A DNA stretch of 64,000 nt from Rhodocyclales bacterium (lineage in GTDB: Bacteria; Pseudomonadota; Gammaproteobacteria; Burkholderiales; Rhodocyclaceae): assembly GCA_043743785.1 (NCBI GenBank), contig JAYTVW010000161.1:35063-99062 (forward strand). The letters run 5' to 3'. Under the pieces are notes generated by a model. The model had not been told where the DNA came from, searched no databases, and saw only the letters and a list, made by a program, of their open reading frames with translations. Positions 55,323 through 64,000 of the stretch are shown one piece after another (the first letter of the stretch is position 1; each line of letters begins with the position of its first letter). Position numbers and translations under genes: made by a program.

Positions 55323-56447
55323 ATGGAAACAAAAATTCAGGAAGCCACCGAGCCTGCCGCCACGCCGGCCAAGAAATCCACGCCGACCAGGAAACGCGCC
55401 CCCCGGGCACGAGCCACTGCCGCCGGCGACATTGGCCCCATCGACAGTCCGGAGCATGTTGAAAGCTTCGCCATTGAAGAAGCCATCGATGCGGCCCGGG
55501 CCACCCGCCTCAGCGCCATGAAAGACGTGCTGACCGGCGTCAGCTCCGAAGAAGCCACCACCCTGCTGAAGGCTCTCCTCAAGCAGCAGCAACCCCGCAT
55601 CAAGCCGCCCCAGACCCCAGACGATGAGCTCTCGCCGGACTGGCGCAAGGGTGGCTACCCCTACAAAAACCTCATGTCCCGCAGCAACTACGAGCGGCAG
55701 AAATACCGCCTGCAAGTAGAGTTGCTCAAGTTGCAGGCCTGGGTCAAGGAGACCGGCCAGAAGGTGGTGATCCTCTTTGAAGGGCGGGACGCGGCGGGCA
55801 AGGGGGGCACCATCAAGCGCTTCATGGAACACCTGAACCCCCGGGGCGCCCGGGTGGTGGCCCTGGAAAAGCCCAGCGAGATCGAGCGGGGCCAGTGGTA
55901 TTTTCAGCGCTACGTGCAGCACCTGCCCACCGCCGGGGAGATCGTACTGTTCGACCGCTCCTGGTACAATCGGGCCGGCGTCGAACGGGTCATGGGCTTC
56001 TGTACCGACCAGGAATACCAGGAGTTCATGCGCCAGGCGCCGGAATTCGAACGCATGATGGTGCGAAACAACATCCACCTCATCAAGTTCTGGTTCTCGG
56101 TGAGCCAGGACGCCCAGCGCCAGCGCTTCAAGGAACGCAAGGTGCATCCGCTCAAGCAATGGAAGTTGAGTCCCATTGACCTGGCCTCCCTGGACAAGTG
56201 GGACGACTACACCACGGCCAAGGAAGCCATGTTCTTTTACACGGACACGGCGGATTCCCCCTGGACGGTCATCAAATCCGACTGCAAGAAGCGGGCGCGC
56301 CTCAACGCCCTGCGCTACATCCTGCACCGCCTGCCCTACGAAAAGAAGGACACGGACCGCATCGGCGACCTGGACCCCATGATCGTGGGCCGCGCCAACG
56401 TGGTGTACGAGCGGGGCGAAAAGAAGATCGGCGTGCCGCTGATCTGA
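55323..56447 (+). CDS. ppk2: polyphosphate kinase 2
   Basis: FEGRDAAGKGGTIKR Walker A, YFQRYVQHLP and FDRSWYNRAGVERVMGF are PPK2 signatures. Basic Ala/Pro-rich N-terminal extension. Confidence 0.88.
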   Translation: METKIQEATEPAATPAKKSTPTRKRAPRARATAAGDIGPIDSPEHVESFAIEEAIDAARATRLSAMKDVLTGVSSEEATTLLKALLKQQQPRIKPPQTPDDELSPDWRKGGYPYKNLMSRSNYERQKYRLQVELLKLQAWVKETGQKVVILFEGRDAAGKGGTIKRFMEHLNPRGARVVALEKPSEIERGQWYFQRYVQHLPTAGEIVLFDRSWYNRAGVERVMGFCTDQEYQEFMRQAPEFERMMVRNNIHLIKFWFSVSQDAQRQRFKERKVHPLKQWKLSPIDLASLDKWDDYTTAKEAMFFYTDTADSPWTVIKSDCKKRARLNALRYILHRLPYEKKDTDRIGDLDPMIVGRANVVYERGEKKIGVPLI

Positions 56448-56472
56448 ACCGGCCTTACAAATTCGCAAGATC

Positions 56473-56558
56473 GTAGGGCGCAATAAGGCGAAGCCGCATT
56501 GCGCCGATTTCGTGGCAAAGCATAACAGGCGCAATGCGCTGCGCTTATTGCGCCCTAC
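56473..56558. repeat. GTAG-type REP pair, family 3
   Basis: GTAGGGCGCAATAAGGCGAAGCCGCATTGCGCCG ... GGCGCAATGCGCTGCGCTTATTGCGCCCTAC. Its terminal CTAC contains the TAG stop of the EamA gene. Confidence 0.8.
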
Positions 56559-57502
56559 TTTCGGCTGATGATCAATATCCCGCCAATCACCAGCACGGCA
56601 CCCAGCAACTGCCACAGGGACAGGCTTTCCCCCAGCAGCAGCCAGCCAAAGAGAATGGTGGCCAAGGGACCTACCATGCCCACCAGGGACGCCCGCCCCG
56701 CCCCCAAGGCCTTGATGGCCGCCGACTGCATGAACACCGGCAGCACGGTAGACACCGCCGCCATGGCGAAGGCCAGGGCGTACACGGGCCAGCTCTGGTG
56801 CAGGATGTCCCCCAGAGGCCGGGCCAGCAGGTAATGCAGCAGGGTACCGAGTGTCGCCACCGCCATGGCCAGGGCCGTGAAGCGGGCGCTGCCCAAGCGA
56901 GCGATGAACTGGCCGCCGCCCGACAGATACACGGCGTAGGACAGACTGGAGGCGAACACCAGGCCGGCCCCCGTCCACACGGCGACCGCATCCGCCGCCT
57001 GCTGCAGGTCGTGGGCGAAGGCCGCCGCCACCCCCAGGTAGGTGAGCAGAATGGCCAGCACCTCCTTCCGGTGCAGGGTCTTGCCGAAGAACAGCACCCC
57101 CATGAGTACCGTCAGGGTCGGGTAGGTAAACAGGATCAGGCGCTCCAGGCCCGCCGTGATGTACTGCAGCCCCCAAAAATCCAGGATGCTGGCGCCGTAG
57201 TAGCCCGCCAGGCCCACCACCACCAGGGCCAGCCACTGCCGGGGCGTGAGGCTGGCGCCGCTCCGGGTGCGTAGCGCCGCGATGCCGAAGACCGGTGCGG
57301 CAAAGGCCATGCGCAGGGCCAGCAGGGTCACTGCATCCACCGGCACGCCCCCCGGCACCCGGTAGGCCAGCTTCACCAGGATGGCCTTGAACGAAAAGCC
57401 AAAGGCCGCCCCCACCGCCAGCCAGAAGCCCCGGCGATACACCGCCTTGCGCTCTGCGGCGACGTCAGGCGCTAGTGTGGCAACAGGGGCGGGAGCGGAC
57501 AT
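56555..57502 (-). CDS. EamA/DMT-family transporter
   Basis: 315 aa, about 10 TM segments in two EamA-like halves. The TAG stop lies inside a REP. Confidence 0.8.
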   Translation of the reverse strand: MSAPAPVATLAPDVAAERKAVYRRGFWLAVGAAFGFSFKAILVKLAYRVPGGVPVDAVTLLALRMAFAAPVFGIAALRTRSGASLTPRQWLALVVVGLAGYYGASILDFWGLQYITAGLERLILFTYPTLTVLMGVLFFGKTLHRKEVLAILLTYLGVAAAFAHDLQQAADAVAVWTGAGLVFASSLSYAVYLSGGGQFIARLGSARFTALAMAVATLGTLLHYLLARPLGDILHQSWPVYALAFAMAAVSTVLPVFMQSAAIKALGAGRASLVGMVGPLATILFGWLLLGESLSLWQLLGAVLVIGGILIISRK

Positions 57503-57574
57503 GGCGGGTAATAACGAAATGGCCCCGCATTACGCCACAGGCGGCGCGGCAGCACAATGGCGGGGCCATCGCCT

Positions 57575-57649
57575 GTAGGGTGGGCAAAGCGTAGCGTGCC
57601 CACGTTTCCCCGGAACTTCCCGTGGGCAGATGAAGCCTGCCCACCCTAC
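57575..57649. repeat. GTAG-type REP pair, family 2
   Basis: GTAGGGTGGGCAAAGCGTAGCGTGCCCAC ... GTGGGCAGATGAAGCCTGCCCACCCTAC. Lies upstream of both eamA and yebC. Confidence 0.8.
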
Positions 57650-57705
57650 AACTGCAGGGTGCAGCAAATCGTCGGATCAACGGCGCCCTCCCACAAGGGC
57701 TTGGG

Positions 57706-57711
57706 TATAAT
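57706..57711 (+). promoter_or_regulatory. candidate -10 element for yebC
   Basis: Perfect TATAAT hexamer 47 nt upstream of the yebC ATG in the intergenic region. No good -35 seen. Confidence 0.3.
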
Positions 57712-57758
57712 GTGCGGTTAATTCAGCTCTTTTCATCAACCGTATTCTCGAGGTAACT

Positions 57759-58484
57759 ATGGCCGGCCATTCCAAATGGGCGAACATCAAGCACAAGAAA
57801 GCTGCCACCGACGCCAAGCGGGGCAAGATTTTCACCCGGATCATCAAGGAAATCACCGTGGCGGCCCGCCTGGGCGGCGGCGACCCGAGCATGAACCCGC
57901 GCCTGCGCCTAGCCATGGACAAGGCCTCCGGCAACAACCTGCCCAAGGACACGGTGATGCGCGCGGCCCAGCGCGGTGCCGGTGAGCTGGAAGGCGCGAA
58001 TTACGAGGAAATCCGCTACGAAGGCTACGGCATTGGCGGCGCGGCCATCATGGTGGACACCATGACCGACAACCGCACCCGCACGGTGGCGGAAGTGCGC
58101 CACGCCTTCAACAAGTACGGCGGCAACATGGGCACCGACGGTTCCGTGGGCTTTCTCTTCAAGCATTGTGGTCAACTGGTGTTCGCCCCCGGTACGGACG
58201 AGGACGCCCTCATGGAGGCGGCCCTGGAAGCCGGCGCCGACGACGTGCTGACGAACGATGACGGCAGCCTGGAAGTGGTGACGCCGCCCTACGAATTCGT
58301 GGGCATCAAGGAGACCCTGGAAAAGGCCGGTTTCAAGGCCGAGTTCGGTGAAGTCACCATGAAGGCCGCCACCGAAACCGAGTTCACCGGCGACGACGCG
58401 CTGAAAATGCAGAAACTGCTGGACGCCCTGGAGAACCTGGACGACGTGCAAGAGGTCTACACCAACGCCGTCATTGAGGAATGA
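57759..58484 (+). CDS. yebC: YebC/PmpR-family transcriptional regulator
   Basis: [26 protein letters not shown] hallmark N-terminus. 241 aa. Confidence 0.92.
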   Translation: MAGHSKWANIKHKKAATDAKRGKIFTRIIKEITVAARLGGGDPSMNPRLRLAMDKASGNNLPKDTVMRAAQRGAGELEGANYEEIRYEGYGIGGAAIMVDTMTDNRTRTVAEVRHAFNKYGGNMGTDGSVGFLFKHCGQLVFAPGTDEDALMEAALEAGADDVLTNDDGSLEVVTPPYEFVGIKETLEKAGFKAEFGEVTMKAATETEFTGDDALKMQKLLDALENLDDVQEVYTNAVIEE

Positions 58485-58506
58485 GCGGCATACCCCGCTT
58501 TTTTGC

Positions 58507-58530
58507 AACGCCCGCTGACGCGGGCGTTTT
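58507..58530 (+). terminator. rho-independent terminator-like hairpin between yebC and ruvC
   Basis: AACGCCCGC-TGAC-GCGGGCGTT followed by TTC. Confidence 0.6.
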
Positions 58531-58533
58531 CGT

Positions 58534-59076
58534 ATGAAGCCGCAAGCAGCCCCCATCCGCATCCTGGGCATCGACCCGGGCTTGCGCATCACCGGCTTCG
58601 GGGTGATCGACAAGATTGGCAGCAAGCTGTCCTACGTCAGTAGCGGCTGCATCAAGAGCGATGCGGCGACCGACCTGCCAGCGCGCCTGGGGGTGATCTT
58701 CGCCGGCTTGACGGAACTCCTGGCCCTGCACCGGCCGGACCAGGTGGCGGTGGAAAAAGTCTTCGTGAACGTGAATCCCCAGTCCACCTTGCTGCTGGGC
58801 CAGGCCCGGGGCGCCGCCATCTGCGCCGCTGTAGCCGCAGGTCTGCCGGTGGCGGAATACACGGCCCTGCAGGTGAAACAGGCGGTGGTGGGCAATGGCC
58901 ACGCCGACAAGGAACAGGTGCAGCACATGGTGACGCGCCTCTTGGCCCTGGCGGGCGCCCCGGGGGCTGACGCTGCCGACGCCCTGGCCTGCGCCATCTG
59001 CCACGCCCACGGTGGTCAGGGCCTGGGGGCGCTGGCCACCGCCGGCTTCCGGGTCAAGGGCGGAAGACTGATCTGA
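58534..59076 (+). CDS. ruvC: crossover junction endodeoxyribonuclease RuvC
   Basis: [18 protein letters not shown]-terminus with catalytic Asp. 180 aa. Follows yebC, as in many proteobacteria. Confidence 0.92.
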   Translation: MKPQAAPIRILGIDPGLRITGFGVIDKIGSKLSYVSSGCIKSDAATDLPARLGVIFAGLTELLALHRPDQVAVEKVFVNVNPQSTLLLGQARGAAICAAVAAGLPVAEYTALQVKQAVVGNGHADKEQVQHMVTRLLALAGAPGADAADALACAICHAHGGQGLGALATAGFRVKGGRLI

Positions 59077-59228
59077 CGCCGACCTTGCGCCCACCATTCC
59101 GCTGCCGATTCCATGGGCAGGTGCCGTCGCCTCCGCGACGTGCGGCCGGGGGTGGATTCTTGATCTGTATCGCGGCGCAAGCCGACGCGGGCCGGCACAA
59201 TCGGGCGCCTTTCTCCCTGGTCCCGATC

Positions 59229-60170
59229 ATGCCGCGCTCCGCCTCGCACCTCGCCCGTTTAGCACTGCTCGTGCCGAGCCTTTGCCTGCCCCTGACTGCA
59301 ACAGCCACCGAGGGGGGAGGAAGTTCCTATCCCGTGGGCGTGGAGACGAATTTCAGCGGGGCCATGCTGCCGGAAGGTATCCATGGCCTGGTGTATTACC
59401 AGCACTACACGGCGGAGCGAAATCGGGACAACAGCGGACACGACAATCCCCGCTTTGCCTATTTCAAGAGTCAGGCAGACGTACTGGCCCTGCGCTTCTC
59501 CAAAATATGGCCGGAGATCCGGTTTGCCGGAGCCCAAGTGGAGAGCCGGCTGGTGCTGACCCTGCCGACCCTGGACCTGCATGCGGGGCTGAGCCGGACA
59601 GCCCCCCTCCCCCCCTTGGATCGCAGCGGCTCCGCCCAGGCCCTGGGGGATACCACCCTGGCGCCGGTGCTGCTCGGCTGGCACGGGGAAAACTGGCACC
59701 AGCTTGCCGGCGTGGAGATCATCGCGCCCAGCGGCGACTACCGGGTGGAGCGTCCGGTCAACGCGGGCCGCAACACCTGGCAAACGGCGCTGCTCTACGG
59801 CGTAAGCTGGCTGCCGGGCACCTGGGAAGCCTCGGCCCGCTTGCGCATGGGTCACAACAGCCCCAATACCGCCACCGATTACCATTCCGGCGACGAATTG
59901 AGCCTGGAGTTCAGCGCGGGCCGAAAACTGGCACCGGGCTGGTTCGCGGGCATCAATGGCTACCTGTATCGCCAGCTCAGCAATGATGTGCAGCACGGCA
60001 CCGTCGTCAATGGCAACGGCAACCGGGGGGCTGCCAACGCCCTGGGGCCTTATGTGGCCTGGAGTGCTTCGCGGCAGGCCAGCCTGGTGGGCAAGCTGCA
60101 GCAGGAGTTCGATAACCGCAACCGGGCGGAAGGTCTGCGCCTGTGGCTGCAAGCCCGATATTCCTTCTAG
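59229..60170 (+). CDS. outer-membrane transporter (MetA-pathway phenol-degradation-like beta-barrel)
   Basis: ATG 59229. Signal peptide MPRSASHLARLALLVPSLCLPLTATA, then GGGSSYPVGVETNFSGAMLPEG, typical of this family. Ends in an aromatic residue (YSF). Confidence 0.7.
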   Translation: MPRSASHLARLALLVPSLCLPLTATATEGGGSSYPVGVETNFSGAMLPEGIHGLVYYQHYTAERNRDNSGHDNPRFAYFKSQADVLALRFSKIWPEIRFAGAQVESRLVLTLPTLDLHAGLSRTAPLPPLDRSGSAQALGDTTLAPVLLGWHGENWHQLAGVEIIAPSGDYRVERPVNAGRNTWQTALLYGVSWLPGTWEASARLRMGHNSPNTATDYHSGDELSLEFSAGRKLAPGWFAGINGYLYRQLSNDVQHGTVVNGNGNRGAANALGPYVAWSASRQASLVGKLQQEFDNRNRAEGLRLWLQARYSF

Positions 60171-60243
60171 CCCCACAGTTTCTTACACACCCTCGCCGGG
60201 GTTTACGGCATGCTGCCGGCCTCGCCATGAAGACGAACCGCAC

Positions 60244-60801
60244 ATGAAACGCTTGCTGCGCCGCATCCTGACTCCGCCGCTCATGCTGCTGGCGGCCCTC
60301 TTCATGTTCTTCGAGGAGTGGCTGTGGGAGCGGCTGAAGGCCCTGATGGCGGCCTTCGGACAGCTACCCCTGGTGCGGGGCCTGGAGGCCCGCATTGCCG
60401 GTCTGTCGCCGGGGCCGGCCCTGGCGGTGTTCCTGGCCCCCGCCACCCTGCTGCTGCCGGTGAAGTTGGGCGCCCTGTGGCTCATTGGCCACGGCCACGC
60501 CGTCCAGGGCATCCTGTTGATTCTGGGCGCCAAGGTGGTCGGCATGGCGCTCTTTTCCCGCATTTTCGTGCTGTGCAAACCCACGCTGCTGACCGTACCC
60601 CGTTTCCGCCGTTTCCATGACTGGCTGCTGGGCTGGAGCCTGCGCCTGCACGCCTGGATGGACAGCATCCCCGCCTGGGTCGCCGCCAAAGCCCGCATGC
60701 GGGCCTGGCGCGAGGCCTTCCGCGCCTGGCGTGCCCGCCAGGGCTCGGGCTTTCTCACCCGCCTGTGGCGCGCCATCCTGACGAAAAACCGCCACTCCTG
60801 A
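60244..60801 (+). CDS. hypothetical membrane protein
   Basis: ATG 60244 (MKRLLRRILTPPLMLLAALFMFF). Several hydrophobic segments. The upstream part of the track ORF overlaps the previous gene. Confidence 0.55.
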   Translation: MKRLLRRILTPPLMLLAALFMFFEEWLWERLKALMAAFGQLPLVRGLEARIAGLSPGPALAVFLAPATLLLPVKLGALWLIGHGHAVQGILLILGAKVVGMALFSRIFVLCKPTLLTVPRFRRFHDWLLGWSLRLHAWMDSIPAWVAAKARMRAWREAFRAWRARQGSGFLTRLWRAILTKNRHS

Positions 60802-60812
60802 TTTCGCTCGCC

Positions 60813-63800
60813 GTGCCCCTTTCCGCCCAAATCGATTCCCTGCCCCCCGACGAGCGCCAAATCCTGGACGCTCACGCCCTGTTCTGGGCTTACGCCACCC
60901 GCAGCACGCTGCTGGAGCTCTTGCGCCCGCTGTTTACCTGGAACGCCGAAGGCCGGGCTTTTTCCCACGACAGCATCAAAACCAGCAGCAACGCCTTGAT
61001 CAAGCGCGAGCTACTGGAGCAGCACCCTCAGCGACAGGGCTACTGGCGGGTACGGGAACCGGAGCGCAGCGCCGCCTATCTGGCCTTGCTGGAAAGGCTG
61101 CCGGGCGACCAACTGCGCCGGGTGGTCTTTGGCGTCGCGCACTATCAAACGGGCGCGAACATTCGCTACTGGCCGGTGGCGGACGAGGCGGCGTCCGCTG
61201 CGGTGCTGCGCGTTGCCCTGCTGACCGACACACCCGAAGCTGAATTGACGACCCTGCAGTACCTGCTGGCCCGCAGGTACGCACCGGACAACATCCTGGC
61301 CAGCGCCTTCGATGGGGATCTGGACGACGCCACCCTGAAACGCTTGCCGCCCCGGGTGCGCTGGGAAATGGTCCTGGGCCGACTGGCCGGGCTCAGCACC
61401 CATTGGGCCGCCAGGAACCTGCCCATCCTGGCCTGGGTGAAGACGGAATTGCACAGACCTGGCGCGAATTTGCCCCTGGAAGTCCGCTACCAGACGGCGG
61501 AAGTCCTGTTGCACGGGGGCGACCGGGAAGGTGTGGCGCAGCTGCTGGAAGGCGTGGACACAGCGGACGCCCAGGCCCTGCGGGCAGCCAGCATGGTCCA
61601 GCAGGGGCGCTGGCAGGAGGCCCAGGCCGGTTTCGAGGCCGCCCTGAAGGCCCTCAAGAAGGAATTCGGCGCAAAAAAAGAACTGCTTCCCCCCAACCTG
61701 GCCATGTACTACGTACTGGCCCTGCTGGCCCAGCAGACGCCCAAGTGCATCGAGACGGCACGAAAATTCTGTCTTGCCGAGTCCGGCTCCCGCAAACCCT
61801 CCCCCGCAGACGGCTGGGGCCTGTGGGTGCACGCTGCGGACGTGCGCCTGGGCAATACCCCCCTTGAACATCCCTTCACCCTGCGCTCCACCGGCAAGTA
61901 CGGCATCTACAAGGATGACCTGTGGCGCTGTCTCGTGCGGGCCTGGCTGGGGGCTTCCGTGGTGAAACCTCCGGCGACCCAGGCCGCCCGGGAAGTGGAG
62001 GCGGCAGCCCTGGCTCTGTTGCGTGAACGCCTGCAAGCCTGCGGTTTCGCCTGGCTGGATGCCCAGATGGCCGCCGCCGAAACCGTCTATCAGGGTGGAG
62101 AAGCCCCTCCCAATTTCTTCGCCCCCGGCAGCAGAGACAGCTGGCGCAGCGTCCTCACTTCCCTGCAATCCCTGGCGGGGGACCTGGTCGCCAGTGAAAA
62201 AGCCGAGGCCAGCCGCATCCTGTGGTGCCTCACCCTGGGCAGTGATGGCGGCGTAGCGGATATTCATCCCCTGGAGCAGAAACGGGGCGTGCGCGGCTGG
62301 AGCAAGCCCAAAGCCTTAAGCCTGTCCAAACTTCACGGCAACGAGAAACTGGAGCCTTGGGACGCCCGGGTGGCCCGGGCCGTGCGGGGAGATCGCTTCC
62401 ATGCCAGCCGTTACCTCCTGGACAAGGCCGTGGCCATCATGGCCCTGGTGGGCCACCCGGCTGTGGTGCTGGAGGGTGCAGAAGATCAACTGGTGGACGT
62501 GGTGGAAGGCTCTCCCGAGATGGAGGTGATACGCCAGGGCGACGGCTACGTGATGCGCATCACGCCGGCCCTGCGGGAACCGCTGCCGGCGGACCCCTAC
62601 ATCCTCGAAGCCGAGCAACGGCGGGAAATCGAAGCCCTCAACCTTATCACCGTGCTGCAGGACAGCCACCAGCGCATCCGCGTGATCCGCTTCACCCCGG
62701 CCCAGCGGCGGGCCTCCGTGCTGGTGGCAGACAAGCTGAAGATTCCCGCCAATGCCGAGGCGGAATTGCAGAAAACCCTGCAGGCTCTCACCGGCCACTT
62801 CCAGATCCAGTCCGACCACGCCGCTGCGGCCCGGGAAGTGGCGTCGGTCTCCCGCCTGCGGGCCGAGTTGGCGCCGGCCGGTGACGGCCTGGTGCTACGC
62901 CTGGTGGTGGCGCCCTTGGGCGAAGAGGGGCCGCGCCTCATGCCCGGGGCCGGCCGGGAACAGGTCATGGCCGCCGTGAAGGGCGAGGCGGTGGGCACCC
63001 GACGCGACCTGAAGGCAGAACGCCGTCACCTGAACGCCGTGCTGGACGCCCTGCCCTTCCTGGATCCGCCAGCCCGGGGTGACATGGTGGCCGAATGGAC
63101 CCTGGAAGAACCGGAACAAGCCCTGGGCCTGGTGGAGCTTCTGCCCCAAATCCCGGGGGTGGAGGCGGTGGACTGGCCCAAGGGCAAGCCGGTGCGGGTC
63201 ATCACGGTGGACTCGAAGCAACTGGGCCTGAAGGTCGCGAGCGAACACGACTGGCTGCGCCTCTCCGGCCAGGCCCGGGTGGACGAAGGCCTGGTAATTG
63301 AATTGGAAAATCTGCTGGAATGGTCCGGCAGCGGCCGCGGGCGCTTCCTGCCCATGGGGGCCGGTGTGTATGCGGCCCTGACGGATCGCCTGCGCGCCCA
63401 GCTGGCGGACCTGGCGGCGGTGGCGGAAATGGGTGACGGAGATCCGCGCATCCCCCAACTGGCGGCGGCCTGGTTGGAGGAAGCCATTCAGGGCACGGAT
63501 GTCAAACTGGACAAGGCCTTCCGGGAGCGCCTGGAACGCCTGCGGGCGGCCCAGGATCAGCAGCCACGCCTGCCCCGCAGCCTGCAGGCGGAATTGCGCC
63601 CCTACCAGGAAGACGGCTACGCCTGGGCCATGCGCCTGGCGGGGGCCGGTTTTGGCGCCTGCCTGGCGGACGACATGGGCCTGGGCAAGACCCTGCAGGC
63701 CCTGGCGGTGATGCTGAGCCGGGCCGCAGGTGGCCCCACCCTGGTGGTGGCCCCTACCTCTGTCTGCGGCAACTGGCTGGCGGAAGCGGGCCGCTTCGCC

Positions 63801-64000
63801 CCTTCCCTGTCCGTGCAGATCTACGGCGAAGGGGAGCGGGCCGGCATGATCGAGGCCGCAGGCCCCGGCGACGTCATCCTGGTTTCCTATACCCTCATGC
63901 AGCAGTCGGCAGAGGCCTTCGGCGCCCGCACCTGGCACACCTTGGTGGTGGATGAAGCCCAGGCCATCAAGAACGCCGCGGCGAAGCGCTCCCAGGCCCT
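60813..64000 (+). CDS. SNF2-family helicase with very long N-terminal region (partial, continues past window end)
   Basis: No stop in this frame from 60813 to the edge, so it is absent from the ORF track. LRPYQEDGYAW (63594), DDMGLGKT (63669) and DEAQAIKN (63951) are SNF2 motifs. GTG 60813 is tentative; the first in-frame ATG is at 61368. Confidence 0.8.
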   Translation, partial: MPLSAQIDSLPPDERQILDAHALFWAYATRSTLLELLRPLFTWNAEGRAFSHDSIKTSSNALIKRELLEQHPQRQGYWRVREPERSAAYLALLERLPGDQLRRVVFGVAHYQTGANIRYWPVADEAASAAVLRVALLTDTPEAELTTLQYLLARRYAPDNILASAFDGDLDDATLKRLPPRVRWEMVLGRLAGLSTHWAARNLPILAWVKTELHRPGANLPLEVRYQTAEVLLHGGDREGVAQLLEGVDTADAQALRAASMVQQGRWQEAQAGFEAALKALKKEFGAKKELLPPNLAMYYVLALLAQQTPKCIETARKFCLAESGSRKPSPADGWGLWVHAADVRLGNTPLEHPFTLRSTGKYGIYKDDLWRCLVRAWLGASVVKPPATQAAREVEAAALALLRERLQACGFAWLDAQMAAAETVYQGGEAPPNFFAPGSRDSWRSVLTSLQSLAGDLVASEKAEASRILWCLTLGSDGGVADIHPLEQKRGVRGWSKPKALSLSKLHGNEKLEPWDARVARAVRGDRFHASRYLLDKAVAIMALVGHPAVVLEGAEDQLVDVVEGSPEMEVIRQGDGYVMRITPALREPLPADPYILEAEQRREIEALNLITVLQDSHQRIRVIRFTPAQRRASVLVADKLKIPANAEAELQKTLQALTGHFQIQSDHAAAAREVASVSRLRAELAPAGDGLVLRLVVAPLGEEGPRLMPGAGREQVMAAVKGEAVGTRRDLKAERRHLNAVLDALPFLDPPARGDMVAEWTLEEPEQALGLVELLPQIPGVEAVDWPKGKPVRVITVDSKQLGLKVASEHDWLRLSGQARVDEGLVIELENLLEWSGSGRGRFLPMGAGVYAALTDRLRAQLADLAAVAEMGDGDPRIPQLAAAWLEEAIQGTDVKLDKAFRERLERLRAAQDQQPRLPRSLQAELRPYQEDGYAWAMRLAGAGFGACLADDMGLGKTLQALAVMLSRAAGGPTLVVAPTSVCGNWLAEAGRFAPSLSVQIYGEGERAGMIEAAGPGDVILVSYTLMQQSAEAFGARTWHTLVVDEAQAIKNAAAKRSQA

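Noticed and set aside
55257-57236. 659-aa minus-strand ORF
   Set aside because: Runs antisense through ppk2 and, in a different frame, through the EamA gene, and contains REP translation. Not a real gene.
61011-63938. Minus-strand ORFs 61011-62267 and 62895-63938
   Set aside because: Antisense shadows of the SNF2 helicase frame, which is uninterrupted on the plus strand to the window end.
1-64000. tRNA, rRNA, transposase, integrase or att sites flanking the AT-rich insert
   Set aside because: Scanning by eye found no tRNA-like T-arm or acceptor patterns, no rRNA, no recombinase motifs, and no direct repeats bounding 31.06-33.23 kb. No mobile-element call is made.

Overview
High-GC proteobacterial chromosome segment (by eye above 60% G+C). 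Gene order and repeat content look betaproteobacterial, but that is inference only.

**1-24 kb: one LPS super-locus**
- Minus-strand O-antigen cluster: rfbBDAC (dTDP-L-rhamnose), a WbpM-like dehydratase, gmd-colC-colD (GDP-colitose) and rfbFGH/ddhABC (a CDP-3,6-dideoxyhexose).
- The cluster continues with a split transketolase plus an SDR, a Wzx-type flippase and a glycosyltransferase.
- It is followed by algC and manC, then core genes (two GT2, waaC, waaA).

**24-33 kb**
- Small hypothetical genes, an HDOD protein, an MBL hydrolase and a lipoprotein.
- A small accessory islet follows, with vapBC, hicAB and an AT-rich insert.
- The insert carries a P-loop kinase / cytidine deaminase fusion of the AvcD (dCTP/dCMP deaminase) anti-phage type, plus an unrecognised 68-codon ORF. 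This is my best candidate for an undescribed system variant.

**33-64 kb**
- A U32 peptidase gene, an mdtABC-OMP RND efflux operon and an orphan Cache-PAS histidine kinase.
- The conserved miaB-phoH-ybeY-corC-lnt block, then housekeeping genes (ppk2, yebC, ruvC).
- The first ~3.2 kb of a very long SNF2-family helicase.

**Repeats**
- There are at least five families of short structured repeats.
- One family is inserted in frame inside mdtC and lnt.
- Another fills every intergenic spacer of the mdt operon.

**Limits**
- No rRNA, tRNA, CRISPR array, transposase or integrase was recognised.
- All product calls rest on motif and architecture recognition by eye. No database search or computation was possible.
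- Repeat boundaries are approximate (a few nt).
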